DNA from: a virus
Lineage: Duplodnaviria; Caudoviricetes
Length of the DNA stretch: 53,367 bases
Virus record (IMG/VR): IMGVR_UViG_3300003886_000006
Location: 1-53,367 of that record
Strand: one strand, 5' to 3'
Under the pieces are notes generated by a model. The model was not told where the DNA came from. It was given only the letters and a program-made list of their open reading frames with translations, and searched no databases. Numbering within the stretch: position 1 is the first letter of the stretch; every line of letters begins with the position of its first letter. The position numbers and the translations under genes are program-made. Shown here piece after piece: positions 8,526 through 19,197 of the stretch.

Positions 8526-9035
8526 TCAGATCCAGCCGAAAATGCGGAACAGACTCATCGACCCGATACCCGATCCGACGCCGACACCGACCGCGATCCA
8601 AATGATCCGATTCAGCCTGTATTCGAAACTGTCAAGACGGGCATGAAGCCGCTTGTCCCCCTCGACACGGAACCCACGCTCCTCATCAACCTGACCTTGA
8701 ATATCGTTTTGCCGGTGAACCATCCCCGGGTTACCCAACTCGTCGCCGGTCAACGCGGTACGAACATCCTCCATCAACGCGTTCATTGTCGAAACCGACT
8801 GGTCGAGATGGCCGATAGATACCCGCAAATCATCGTGGGCTTGAATCCTCGCCTCACGGGACTCTGCGACCATCGCGAAAATAGCAGCCGCAATATCAGT
8901 ATGCGGGATACTAGGCGGCGGCGAGGAAGGAGGGGAAGAAGGGGAAGAAGGGGAACGGGAAGGGGAAGGGGGTGAAGCAGACGGTGGTGGGGATGATGCA
9001 GGTGGCGGTGCAGACGGTGGTGCAGGTGGGGTCAT
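8526..9035 (-). CDS. Membrane-anchored coiled-coil protein of the lysis cassette
   Basis: Pro/Ser low-complexity N-terminus, coiled coil, C-terminal TM (IIWIAVGVGVG); precedes the endolysin. Confidence 0.7.
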   Translation of the reverse strand: MTPPAPPSAPPPASSPPPSASPPSPSRSPSSPSSPPSSPPPSIPHTDIAAAIFAMVAESREARIQAHDDLRVSIGHLDQSVSTMNALMEDVRTALTGDELGNPGMVHRQNDIQGQVDEERGFRVEGDKRLHARLDSFEYRLNRIIWIAVGVGVGSGIGSMSLFRIFGWI

Positions 9036-9190
9036 CAGTAGGCTCGTTGGTAGAAGACGTTGAATACGGATATGTTAATAGACGATAGCGACGTTTAGCT
9101 AACGTTGCATCAACCTGTTAACACCAACGCCAACGCCAATCTCAACCTCAACCTCAACCTCAACCCTTTCCACCTTTCCACCTTTCCCCA

Positions 9191-11131
9191 TCAATATGTG
9201 CTCAACACTTCGGCGGTTATCTCAAACTCATCGAATGTGGCAAGCTGCGTCGACTGGACTTGACATCTAACCTGGATTGTTCCGGTAACCGCACCGGCCA
9301 CCCCATGACTGCGCATCAGCGACCCGTAATCCTCCGACGACATCGAGTCGCGTATCCACAGTGAGTTAGACCAGGTGGCTCCCCCGTCGAGTGAAATACC
9401 CATACGCATTTTCACCACCGACCCTGACGCAGCCCAATACGCGTATGTTGATGTGGAAGCTTTCACGAAAGCTTGGAAACGGGTCGTGGGCAGACCGGAG
9501 ATAGTAAGCGTGTAAGCCGTTTCGGTAGTGTTGATCGCCGCCAACGTGAGGGCGGTAGTGTTCTGACCGTTCCGCCCCACCGCCGTCATCAGCCGCCAAT
9601 CGTCCCATACGAGACCGTCAGTGGAATAACGGGTGTAGACACGGCTACCAGTCTTACCAGTGTGGATCTGTTTGATGCGCCAACCGGCACCGCCCGCACC
9701 GGAAATCCACGATTCGATCGTGCCGGAAGAATACGGGTAGGTGGCGTCACCGGACACTGACATGATCGAATATCCGGCAGGCCAAGACGCCACATTCGCA
9801 GTCGCGACCGGCGCGGTGAGAAGCTGCGGGACAGACGCGACGTGACCTTGAATCGTCCCGGTGCCGGACAGGATCACATTCTTGTCAACCGACACGATGA
9901 TATCGGCAGGGATATTCGGGGCTTGACGGTTATACACTGCGGTTCGTTTCGCGACACCCTGCGCGACACCGACCGGATTCACCCCTTCATGTCCAACAAC
10001 AACCTGTGTCGATCCGGTCTCATCCACATATTCGGACAGGTCGGTGTACACGCCGTCCTTGTCACGATAGTACAGCCCCATGCCCCGCTTCACCGGCCAG
10101 GTGCGGCCGACAGCGCGCAGGGCAGTCGGGAAGACGACACCACCCTCATATGGGATCTGGTTGGAAACGTCGACGAGCCGGGGGGGGAAATATACGAAAA
10201 CGGTGTCACCAACTTCGAAGTCCCCTTGAACATGAAAGTTTGCCAAGTCGAGGGTGATGAGCTGCTGAACGGTGGAAAGGTCAGTGAGAAGCTCCTGGGC
10301 ACGACTGTTAGCTTGCGACACGAACGTTGTCGGATCGTCCACAACAACCTGGGTCGGGTCGGCGTTTCCGAAAAAGTCTTTGTACGGGTTCGCCACTCCG
10401 ATGGCAGCCAAGTCGGCTGACCCCATAATGATCTGATCCGACCCGGCAGCCGCGTCGACTTTTCCCGCCAACAGCACCTTCTCAACCCACTGTGTCGCAT
10501 CCACCCCTGCGCTTAAACCCGGCGACGACGAAACTTTGAAGTTAGGGTCAAACGGGGTGCCACGATGCACTGCGAGGAAAGTCGCGACAGTCCAAGGGGC
10601 GACAGAAGTGACGAACAGGTCAAGCATCGAACCGGAATCGAACGTGCCGTCCGGATTGACCCGCCATTCACCGTTCACCGGTGGTGTCGGCCCGGCATGA
10701 TCCAAAGCAGCTTTCGCTGTCACCGCGAAATAGTCTGCAGTTACCGCACCCGGATTGTTTGTGACAGTGCCGACAGTCAACGTGGGGGGCAGAATCGCTG
10801 TGATGAAGTCGGACCATGGGGTTGCAGAAAACGATTTAGTGACATCGAAAATAACCCCACGGCCGTCCGCGTCACCGAGCCATCCGGCAAGTGAGTCCCC
10901 GCCGATCTGCACCCCCGTTTCACCAACAACACCATCAACTTTGCGCAACACACGGCCCGTGTAGACAGACAAGCTTTTCAAATCAGCGTCACTGTAACGT
11001 CGCGAATCGAAACGTGTCTCTGTGATGATGATATGTCCACGTTCGACAATGTTGTCGCGGACAGAAGCAGGTGTGAGGGGGGAAAGTGTCAGGTCCCACC
11101 GGCCCGGCTGCATCAGCTCTTCGGTAATCAT
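9191..11131 (-). CDS. Minor tail protein (baseplate hub-like with C-terminal fibre-like extension)
   Basis: Start placed at MITEELMQPGRW just after the upstream stop; FEVGDTVFV hub-type motif; last gene of the tail module. Confidence 0.8.
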   Translation of the reverse strand: MITEELMQPGRWDLTLSPLTPASVRDNIVERGHIIITETRFDSRRYSDADLKSLSVYTGRVLRKVDGVVGETGVQIGGDSLAGWLGDADGRGVIFDVTKSFSATPWSDFITAILPPTLTVGTVTNNPGAVTADYFAVTAKAALDHAGPTPPVNGEWRVNPDGTFDSGSMLDLFVTSVAPWTVATFLAVHRGTPFDPNFKVSSSPGLSAGVDATQWVEKVLLAGKVDAAAGSDQIIMGSADLAAIGVANPYKDFFGNADPTQVVVDDPTTFVSQANSRAQELLTDLSTVQQLITLDLANFHVQGDFEVGDTVFVYFPPRLVDVSNQIPYEGGVVFPTALRAVGRTWPVKRGMGLYYRDKDGVYTDLSEYVDETGSTQVVVGHEGVNPVGVAQGVAKRTAVYNRQAPNIPADIIVSVDKNVILSGTGTIQGHVASVPQLLTAPVATANVASWPAGYSIMSVSGDATYPYSSGTIESWISGAGGAGWRIKQIHTGKTGSRVYTRYSTDGLVWDDWRLMTAVGRNGQNTTALTLAAINTTETAYTLTISGLPTTRFQAFVKASTSTYAYWAASGSVVKMRMGISLDGGATWSNSLWIRDSMSSEDYGSLMRSHGVAGAVTGTIQVRCQVQSTQLATFDEFEITAEVLSTY

Positions 11132-11138
11132 GAAACAA

Positions 11139-12491
11139 TCACGGCAGCACACCACCCGGTACGATCGGTGCAACCTGCTCAGCAACATGGTAAAGGTACT
11201 GGTCCCCGAGGGCACGCGCCTGATTGTTAAGCACAACATTCAACGGGTCGATGATTTCGACACCTATGTGGAAATCAAATGTGGTGTCTAACCCAACCAC
11301 AGTTCGTTTCAGCTTACCGTTGACCAAATCGTCTATAGTCGTATGACGTGACCCGATGAACCATTTGTTTCCGTCAGCATCATTCGCCGCATCCTGTATA
11401 CCGTACATGGTTGAAACGGCAGCATCAGCCGCGGACCGTGCAATGGTCAAATCGTTAGCCAACCAGTATCCTTTATGCACCCAATAGCCACGGGCGAAAT
11501 ATGAGCTGCGGCGAATCGAAATGTCTAACGTCGCCCTGCCAGTTTCGAAGATAATCATCGAATCACCTTCCGAACCTATCAGCCGTATCGCCACCTCCTC
11601 CGGTGTGTTTCGCAACACAACAATATGGTTCCAAGGGGAAAAGTAGGCGGTTCCGTCAACTTCAAACTGGAATTGGGTGAGGGACGACCAGGCGGCTGTC
11701 GCCGGTGGCGGATACGGGTCCCAAACGGCAACTTCAATGTTGCGGTTAGTTAACGTGCCTCTAACCCGGATCAGCCCGTTGTCTATCTGCCAAGTGTCGG
11801 TGACAGTATCTGATAGTGGGATGCCGGGAACGAGTTGAGAGTCGAAATGGATTTTGCAAGCACCCTTGTAATAGTTCGCGGGGGCAACAGTCCACACTGG
11901 AATGTCGGGGGGGGTGATGCCGAAAAACAGTGGAACTTTACCCTCCTCCGTTTCACGAGCGTCGACACCTAAACCGGTCATTGGCCAAAACGAGGTGAAC
12001 CCGGCCGGAGCCGAAACGAACGCTTGACCTGCCACCAACCCTAAGTCGTTACTCAGCAACGTCCCTGACAGGATCGATTCGAACATGCGCGTATTCAAAT
12101 CGGTCAGCACTATCCGATATGGAAAAAACCCTCCGTTGCTCAACGCCCCCAAGCTGGCTGTCACCCCAACCGACGAGTCTTCCAAAATGTAAAACCCGTC
12201 AACAGTCGGATCTAGCACCGACGACACAGCCACAACCCCGTCGAACCCTGCCCGTTTCGTCTGCTGCAACAATGCGTCCCTCAGATGGATCGCGTCCGTC
12301 AACGTCGCAGTGTCTTTGATATGCCCCGAAATGGTCAGCTGCCTACCTTGGCTTGTCGACCGCCACGACATGTCGAACGGGTTCGCCAACGGCGTTTCGA
12401 TCCCGACCCGGCCTATCTGCAACATGTACAACCCTCCGACGACTGGAACCCCTGATCCGTAACCTGTGGAATACCCACCGATATATGCCAT
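11139..12491 (-). CDS. Minor tail protein (distal-tail-like)
   Basis: 450-aa beta-rich ORF in the post-tape-measure block. Confidence 0.75.
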   Translation of the reverse strand: MAYIGGYSTGYGSGVPVVGGLYMLQIGRVGIETPLANPFDMSWRSTSQGRQLTISGHIKDTATLTDAIHLRDALLQQTKRAGFDGVVAVSSVLDPTVDGFYILEDSSVGVTASLGALSNGGFFPYRIVLTDLNTRMFESILSGTLLSNDLGLVAGQAFVSAPAGFTSFWPMTGLGVDARETEEGKVPLFFGITPPDIPVWTVAPANYYKGACKIHFDSQLVPGIPLSDTVTDTWQIDNGLIRVRGTLTNRNIEVAVWDPYPPPATAAWSSLTQFQFEVDGTAYFSPWNHIVVLRNTPEEVAIRLIGSEGDSMIIFETGRATLDISIRRSSYFARGYWVHKGYWLANDLTIARSAADAAVSTMYGIQDAANDADGNKWFIGSRHTTIDDLVNGKLKRTVVGLDTTFDFHIGVEIIDPLNVVLNNQARALGDQYLYHVAEQVAPIVPGGVLP

Positions 12492-12492
12492 A

Positions 12493-14811
12493 TCATACCG
12501 CCGTTCCGTCCACCGTAGCCGACGCGCCGTTCAGCAAGTCAACGTCGGCTGTCGTCAACCATTTCGAATCCCGCAGCCGCGTATCGTTGATTCGGGCCAG
12601 CAACGCACCGTCGATTGTTATCAGCGACGCAAACTTGGCACTGTTGCCAAAATCGTTCCCTTCTAACAGTGGCATAGATTTGGCCCCCACCGGGGATTTG
12701 ATTCGAACCCCATACGCGTATCCGCCTGCGGCAGCCCCCGAGTCCCCTTCGAAATGGTTCTTCACAATCGTGACATGTTTCCCGTCGCCGCTAACCCCAA
12801 CCGTACCGTCAACGTCAACACCGGCGTCGAAAAATTGGATACGGTTACGCACCACATCCAGCTTGTTCGTTGTTCCCCCCACCCCAACCGAACCAACATC
12901 GAGTGTGTGCGAATCCCGTTGAATGTTGTTGTCGAGAATCTCCCAATCCGGATTGTTCCCCTCCAACCACACTCCGAACCGGACGTCTTGGATACGGTTG
13001 CGAACCACATGACCGTATTGGGTCGGCTGGCCGTTTGACGCAACCACAATTTTCACCCCGTAGCCTTGGTTCGCTTTCAAAAAGTTTTCAACTGAACAGT
13101 CTTTCATCGTCCAATCGTTGATCGCTTTCACCGTAATCGCCGTGTCGAATGTGGCACCACCGGCAGACATGTCCGTTACCGCAACCCCCATCATCCCGCC
13201 GCCACCCCACCGCGGATTCCCATCAGTCGAATCCCACAGTAAAACTGCGCTTCCCGCTGCGGTACCGTCGACGAAGATAACAACCGGCGCCCAAGTGGTC
13301 GTCCCTTCATGGCCCCGCCCCGACCCGGAAAACCCGTCAGCTATCAAACCTTGCGCATTGCCGAAACGGCAGCCAACAGTGAACCCGTCGTAAACAACTG
13401 TCGTGTCGATTAGCAGCCGAATGTTTTTACCAGCCGGAACGATCACATTCCCTGGACCGCCCAAAGCGGTCTGCGCGGCCCGTAACGCCGGTCCGGCGTC
13501 AACCCCACCGGAAAATAGGACACTCAAATCGCCGGTGTAATGCGTCCCGACATGTTCACCCCGCGACGCGACTTCTTTCCAACCGGACAGGTCAGCTTTC
13601 GGCGCCAAAATCGCATCGGTGCGTGTCGGGTTAGCCAAAGTTGTGCTCGTTCCACCACCGGTGCCGATCGTATAGTGAACGAGTGTTTCGTTACTGGTGC
13701 CAAGCTCCGGGCCGCACAGTAGATAAAACTTGTCGACGTTGCAGGTGATATGTTCATTCACCCGTGTCGTCTGCCCTAAAACCTTATCCGGATAGAACGG
13801 TCCGGCACCGGCAAACTTCTGATCCCACGTCTGCCCAACATCTTTCAAAAACACCATAATATAGTCGTTTATCACATCCGGGTTAGGGACCGTGTTGGTT
13901 GCCACCCCCGCCAACACCATGATGTTTTCTGCGGCGAAATCCATGTCACCTTGCGCGTTCGGCACCGGCGATGAGCCTTGCGGCCGGGTCACAAACGCAC
14001 CCGTGTTTGCTTTCACCATCGTTGTCGACGGTAACGCGCCGAGAGCCGCAGTGGACCAGCCCGTGACCGTATACCACAGTTCCCGGTCGTTATCGTTGTC
14101 ATCAACCCCGGAACCACGGTTCCTTATCGCATAGATCCGATCCTCCCACCGGTTGTAACGGATAGATTCGGTGTTGCCCCCCAAGATACCGTTCACCGGT
14201 GTCCAAGTGCCTTGTGTCGCCCCGATCGACGTGACCGTATCTACCTGACCTGACACCGGTGTCGGCTTCGTGTAAATCCGCACCGTGTCGTCCGCGTTCG
14301 CCCAAACAGCTAAATACCAGACGCCGCCGATGTTGACGAAGAAGATCCCTTCCGTGTCACCACCCCACGAGTCAGTCACCGTATATCTGGCGCGGCGTGT
14401 CGCGGTAGTCGGATTGTCCACATTGTCAACCTCATGGCACCAAACCCGGTACACACCGCCCGGCCCCTCAGTCGGATCATCAGCTACCGCATAGAAAAAC
14501 CGTGGATCGACCGGATCGAACGCCATACCCGACCCGGCGTCGAACACACCGAACGTTGTGTCGATCGTGTCTGCTGTGATAGAAGTCGCGGCGACAGTCG
14601 TCTCGTCTGTCGCCGGTTTCCACCTTCCGGCAGCAGCATCATATTTCAACGTCAACCCGTCACCTGAACCGGTCAAGTCAACGTCGGATAGGGAAGCGAG
14701 GTCACCGTTGAAGTTGAGCAGAGTGTTGTGGCGGGAGTGAAGCTCATTGTGGTCGTTGACATGATCCGGGTCGGAATCAACAACGGTGCGGTTTGTCGGC
14801 AGTGTTCCCAT
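12493..14811 (-). CDS. Tail fibre/spike, probable receptor-binding protein with C-terminal parallel beta-helix
   Basis: LASLSDVD...LKYDAAAGRWKP fibre repeat; GPALRAA...GNVIVPAG beta-helix cap followed by Asn-ladder repeats (RNRI, DNNI, KNHF, GNDF). Confidence 0.8.
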   Translation of the reverse strand: MGTLPTNRTVVDSDPDHVNDHNELHSRHNTLLNFNGDLASLSDVDLTGSGDGLTLKYDAAAGRWKPATDETTVAATSITADTIDTTFGVFDAGSGMAFDPVDPRFFYAVADDPTEGPGGVYRVWCHEVDNVDNPTTATRRARYTVTDSWGGDTEGIFFVNIGGVWYLAVWANADDTVRIYTKPTPVSGQVDTVTSIGATQGTWTPVNGILGGNTESIRYNRWEDRIYAIRNRGSGVDDNDNDRELWYTVTGWSTAALGALPSTTMVKANTGAFVTRPQGSSPVPNAQGDMDFAAENIMVLAGVATNTVPNPDVINDYIMVFLKDVGQTWDQKFAGAGPFYPDKVLGQTTRVNEHITCNVDKFYLLCGPELGTSNETLVHYTIGTGGGTSTTLANPTRTDAILAPKADLSGWKEVASRGEHVGTHYTGDLSVLFSGGVDAGPALRAAQTALGGPGNVIVPAGKNIRLLIDTTVVYDGFTVGCRFGNAQGLIADGFSGSGRGHEGTTTWAPVVIFVDGTAAGSAVLLWDSTDGNPRWGGGGMMGVAVTDMSAGGATFDTAITVKAINDWTMKDCSVENFLKANQGYGVKIVVASNGQPTQYGHVVRNRIQDVRFGVWLEGNNPDWEILDNNIQRDSHTLDVGSVGVGGTTNKLDVVRNRIQFFDAGVDVDGTVGVSGDGKHVTIVKNHFEGDSGAAAGGYAYGVRIKSPVGAKSMPLLEGNDFGNSAKFASLITIDGALLARINDTRLRDSKWLTTADVDLLNGASATVDGTAV

Positions 14812-14938
14812 CGTTAATCACCTACCAGCTTACTTGCTTTGCTTGCTTTGCTTATCTTACTTGCTCTATCTACCTTACTTACCTTACTTACCTTACTTGC
14901 TCTACTTACCTCATCTACCTTTTTTCCCCTATCCATCA

Positions 14939-17900
14939 TCAACCCATCCCGACTGTACGCGACCGTCGGTCATATTCCAGTTCGGTTCTCACCGCAACCA
15001 TAATCTTCTGCCATTCTTGCGGCCGGGTCGGGTCGAACACTCCGCGAACATTCAAATTCTGTATCGTCACCCCACCGCCACTATCCGCATTGTGCTGTTT
15101 GCGGCTTGTCGACGACGACGTGATCCTCTCCCCGCCGTGAGCCATAATCAGTTGCGGCTGTCCGACCATACCCGGAACGACCCCACCCAACGCGAATTGG
15201 AGAAGATCCCCGGCGAAGATCAGGTTCGGGTCTAACGTGCGGGAAATGCCGGTGATCGAATTAGTCACCGTCGCGTTAAGCGCCAACAGTTTCCCTAACG
15301 TCACCCCCAGGAACGCGGAGACGGCGCTCAGCGTGTCCCCAGCCTTCACCGTATACACATTCGATGCGGAAGTGCCCGAACCGGTTGTGCTGCCACCTCC
15401 GGCATCTGAGAGGGGTATGAGACCTCCGGTGGTGTTTTGATCCGCGGTGAACGCGTCCGAAGCGAAAAACCCTAAATCTATCAGGCTTTGAATCGCGTCT
15501 TTAGTCAACCCGACCTGCTGCGCCAAGTCACGGAAAATGTCAACCCCGTCCTTGCCGATGTCGTTGAAATCTTTACCCGACCTGACCAGCTCAACTTGCG
15601 CGTCGACCAGTCCAAGCTGCGCGTCGAGAAGGCTACTGTTCGCATCACTCAAATCTGAAACAATCCCGATTTGACGGTCGCGAAGGGTCGTTAAATCGTT
15701 CTCAGCTTGCCGCACCTCGTCAGTGTCGGCGGTAGCCGCAATCCGGGTGTTCGCCAAGTCACGTTCCGCAATAGACAGCTCCGTCTGAGTGATCCTGCCC
15801 TGGGCGAAAGCGAGCTGAGCGCGGGCCAGATTTTCCTCCGCGACTTGAATCGCCAACTGCTCATCTAACGTCACGTCGACCGCCCGGGACCGTGCCCGCC
15901 GCAGCCGCTCTTCGGCAGCCAAAATCTGGTCCGGTAAAGTCTTCTGCTCCCGACGCAAATCCAACAGCCCCTTCTCCGCGTCGGCCAAATCGCGGATTGC
16001 CCTGCGGAACCGTTGCGTCGCAGAAATCGCACCGGTGAACGCGTCGAGCTGCTCCCGGATCGTATCCATCGCCTTCCCCAACACGTCTTCGACAGCCGCC
16101 CCGACCGCACCGCCATCACTACTACCACCACCGCCGCCGCCGCCGCCGCCGCCGCCCCTAATCCCAACCCCCATCGCTTTCGCAACTTCTTTACCGATGT
16201 TGACAAAATCGCCGGATAGGCGTTTGAAACGCCGCGCAATCGCATTGACCGCGTCGAGCGCCACCCCGTCGAGTTGACTGGCCGCGTCTTCTTCACCTAT
16301 CAAATTAAGCACCTTCAACTTGCCTGGCTTGTTAATAGCCAAATCTAAAGCCAACGACAGTTGCGACGCGTTTTGGATCGTCCCCAGCATCGCCGCGTTC
16401 ATCCCCAACAGCAGATTGATGAACGCACCGATCGGCACCCCTGCGTTGGCCGCGACCGACCCGATCATGTCCAGATTGCCGCTGATGATCGCAGCGCCGG
16501 AACCGAACGACTGGGCGATAGGTTGAATTTGGAGCAGAATGTTGTAAAACTCGATGTACTGGTTTTCTGTCAACAACCCCATTTGACGCATCATGTTGAT
16601 CTGATCTATCGCAGGTTGTATCCCGTTTGGACCTAACTCGCGTGCCGCCTGCTCCACATTGTTCAACGCACGCTGATAGGCGACAAACTGGTCAATTGAC
16701 GGGTCGGTCGTGTCGTTAAGGTCAGCTTGGGCTTCCGCCAGTGAACGGACCGCGTCGACAAAATCGAGACTGGTACTGACCGCATCGTCTAAACCGTTCA
16801 TCGCGTCGGCCAACGCGTTGATCTGATCTTCACTCAAACTAGCTGCGTCCCCCATCTCAGATATCGCATCAGTCATACTACCGAGCGCCCGCATCCGCAT
16901 CCGCATAATCTCAGTGTCGTTGGCCTGCAACTTCGACTCTTGTTCCAGTTGAATCCGGGCCTGCTCAACCGCAGTCTTATACAGGTTGGTGCGTGAAGTG
17001 AGGAGCTGCATCAACGCGACCTGCTGCGTAGAGTCGACAATCGAATTGCCGGTCCGATCCTTCAACTTGTCATACTGGTCGGTGAGTAAACCCAACGCGA
17101 CAGTGTTGCCGGTGATCGCCTCCCCGAACACTTTCGGGGAGATTTCGAAGAAGCTGAGTAGCGCCCGTTCAGCGTCGTCTAAACTTTGAACAACAGCAGG
17201 TGAGGCGAGATCCTCCAAAGAGCTTTTCTGCTCTTTAATCGCCGTTGTCAAATCTTCCGTAATCGTCTGGTTCCGCTTCTGTTGGGCACCCCAACGTTGA
17301 AACGCGGATATGGCGAGGAAAATACCGGCTGTCAAACCGGCACCCATAGCGCTGCGAAGCATCACCGCCTGTATCCCAGTTTCTTTCATCGCGGCAGGCA
17401 GGAACACTCCGAACAGTTTCACCGCCCCTTTACCGGCAAGCGACGCGATGGTGATACCGATGGTTAACGCGGCGAACCCTTTAATCGCGACCCGGGTCGG
17501 CCCGTCGATCGCTTGGAAACCGGCCCCGACGTTGCCGAGAATGTTGGCCAACGCGCCGAGCTGCGGAATAACCGACTGGCCTATTTCGATCCCTAAATCG
17601 TTCATCTGGTTTTTAGCCAACGTCACTTGGGATGATGTCGTCGCGAACCGTTTATCTGCTTCTGCGTTCAACGCCAGGTTCTCTTGCCAAGCTTTCGACG
17701 ACAGGTTCAAAGCTCGGGTTAAACCGCCAGTGTTGTTCGCCAACGCGGTGATAGTCGAAAACGTTCTTGCAGCCCCCAAGCCGACCTCTTCAAGCATCGA
17801 CGAAACGTTCCCGCCTTCCCGGGCGACCCTCCCCACCCCTTCGATGAACAGGTTGAAAGCTTGCGCCGCGTCCCGTTTGAAAATGGTGGCAAATTCGCTT

Positions 17901-18694
17901 GTGGTTGTCCCCGCGATCTTCGCGAAGCTTTCCAACTCGGCACCGCCATAGTCGATCGCCTTCGTCATTTCGATAAACGCCCGCTGCACCGCCGTCCCGC
18001 CACGTTCCGCAGGGATACCGACTGTGGAGAACGCGGCGGCGAGAGCTAATACCTGATCGGCGGTTAAACCAACAGTTTTACCGACCGGGGCGATACGAAG
18101 CGCGAACGTTAAAATCTGATCTTCGGTTGTAGCCGAATTGTTTCCCAAGTCGACTAGGGCGGCACCCATCCGGTCGAAATCGTTTTCTGCGACTCCGAGA
18201 ACATTGCCGAGACGGGAAAACCCGAGGGCGGCCGCCTCAGTTGACAGTTCCGTTGCAACCCCGATTTTCGCAATCGTCTCAGTGAACGTTTCAATCCCGC
18301 CGATAGAAATGTCAAGCTGCCCGCCCAATTCAGCTATCCGATTCAACTCGTTGACGTTGATCGGGATCTCTTTCGACAGTTGCCTGATACCGTCTGCGAG
18401 CGACAGGAACTGGCCTTCCGTCGCGTTCAACGTTTTCCGCACCCCAGTGAAAGACGATTCGAAATCTATCGCAGCTTTCGCAGAGAGAGCTAACCCTCCG
18501 GCGACCCCTAATGTGACGATTTTACCGAACGTAGACGCGGCAGCCCCAAACGCCGCCATCCTCGCCTGAGCTACTTTCGCCGCCGCATCCATCTGACGGG
18601 CCGACGCCCCAACGGATCTGCCCACCGCAGCAAACTCGGCTTGTGCCTGACCGGTTTTAGCTGAGACGACGATTGTGATTAGCTGATTGGCCAC
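14939..18694 (-). CDS. Tape measure protein (TP901-type N-terminal domain, LysM near C-terminus)
   Basis: 1251 aa, Ala-rich helical; AAIDFESSFTGVRKT motif; LysM VYTVKAGDTLS...LLALN...PNLIFAGD; follows the tail chaperone. Confidence 0.95.
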   Translation of the reverse strand: MANQLITIVVSAKTGQAQAEFAAVGRSVGASARQMDAAAKVAQARMAAFGAAASTFGKIVTLGVAGGLALSAKAAIDFESSFTGVRKTLNATEGQFLSLADGIRQLSKEIPINVNELNRIAELGGQLDISIGGIETFTETIAKIGVATELSTEAAALGFSRLGNVLGVAENDFDRMGAALVDLGNNSATTEDQILTFALRIAPVGKTVGLTADQVLALAAAFSTVGIPAERGGTAVQRAFIEMTKAIDYGGAELESFAKIAGTTTSEFATIFKRDAAQAFNLFIEGVGRVAREGGNVSSMLEEVGLGAARTFSTITALANNTGGLTRALNLSSKAWQENLALNAEADKRFATTSSQVTLAKNQMNDLGIEIGQSVIPQLGALANILGNVGAGFQAIDGPTRVAIKGFAALTIGITIASLAGKGAVKLFGVFLPAAMKETGIQAVMLRSAMGAGLTAGIFLAISAFQRWGAQQKRNQTITEDLTTAIKEQKSSLEDLASPAVVQSLDDAERALLSFFEISPKVFGEAITGNTVALGLLTDQYDKLKDRTGNSIVDSTQQVALMQLLTSRTNLYKTAVEQARIQLEQESKLQANDTEIMRMRMRALGSMTDAISEMGDAASLSEDQINALADAMNGLDDAVSTSLDFVDAVRSLAEAQADLNDTTDPSIDQFVAYQRALNNVEQAARELGPNGIQPAIDQINMMRQMGLLTENQYIEFYNILLQIQPIAQSFGSGAAIISGNLDMIGSVAANAGVPIGAFINLLLGMNAAMLGTIQNASQLSLALDLAINKPGKLKVLNLIGEEDAASQLDGVALDAVNAIARRFKRLSGDFVNIGKEVAKAMGVGIRGGGGGGGGGGGSSDGGAVGAAVEDVLGKAMDTIREQLDAFTGAISATQRFRRAIRDLADAEKGLLDLRREQKTLPDQILAAEERLRRARSRAVDVTLDEQLAIQVAEENLARAQLAFAQGRITQTELSIAERDLANTRIAATADTDEVRQAENDLTTLRDRQIGIVSDLSDANSSLLDAQLGLVDAQVELVRSGKDFNDIGKDGVDIFRDLAQQVGLTKDAIQSLIDLGFFASDAFTADQNTTGGLIPLSDAGGGSTTGSGTSASNVYTVKAGDTLSAVSAFLGVTLGKLLALNATVTNSITGISRTLDPNLIFAGDLLQFALGGVVPGMVGQPQLIMAHGGERITSSSTSRKQHNADSGGGVTIQNLNVRGVFDPTRPQEWQKIMVAVRTELEYDRRSRTVGMG

Positions 18695-18719
18695 AGACAG
18701 CCCTTCTATAAACTCTCTA

Positions 18720-18778
18720 AACCCAACTGGTAACCCAACTGGTAACCCAACTGGTAACCCAACTGGTAACCCAACTGG
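18720..18778. repeat. Tandem repeat (AACCCAACTGGT) x~5
   Basis: Read directly; intergenic, upstream of the tape measure gene. Confidence 0.9.
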
Positions 18779-18810
18779 CCAACTGGCAACCTGGGTGAAG
18801 TTTCAGAAAC

Positions 18811-19197
18811 TCAGTTGGGTTTTCCTGGGAGAACTATAGGCTGAATCTGGTTTTCGGGACGTACAAGTCGGATTCGGACCCCACGCGGATTATGTTCATG
18901 CTGCCACGTCTCCATCTCAAATTCGATCCGTTCACAGCCGAGACATTTCTCCCCCTCCGCGACATACGCGGACGGATTGTCAACCCACTCGTCGGTTCTA
19001 GTACCGCAGCGGGGACATTCGGAAGCTTTCTCGATGCGCCATGCGACAATAATTTCCCGATCGTTCTCCGACCAGTAAGGCTCGTCGGGTGAACAAACCC
19101 GACCTAGGAAAACACTATAAGGGATACCGTTTTCGCAGCAGTAATCTACTTCGATTCGGTAGCGGGCGTCACGGCGGAGACGTTGCTGAATAAAGGG
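18811..19197 (-). CDS. Tail assembly chaperone, -1 frameshifted C-terminal part (lambda gpT equivalent)
   Basis: Slippery heptamer C-CCT-TTA at 19197-19191; -1 frame is open for 128 codons (QQRLRRDARYRIEVDYC...CPRCG...CLGC...KPN*). Confidence 0.85.
   Translation of the reverse strand, partial: PFIQQRLRRDARYRIEVDYCCENGIPYSVFLGRVCSPDEPYWSENDREIIVAWRIEKASECPRCGTRTDEWVDNPSAYVAEGEKCLGCERIEFEMETWQHEHNPRGVRIRLVRPENQIQPIVLPGKPN

Noticed and set aside
18834-19049. 71-aa ORF in the supplied track
   Set aside because: Wrong frame; the -1 frameshift frame (18811-19197) gives the convincing chaperone extension.
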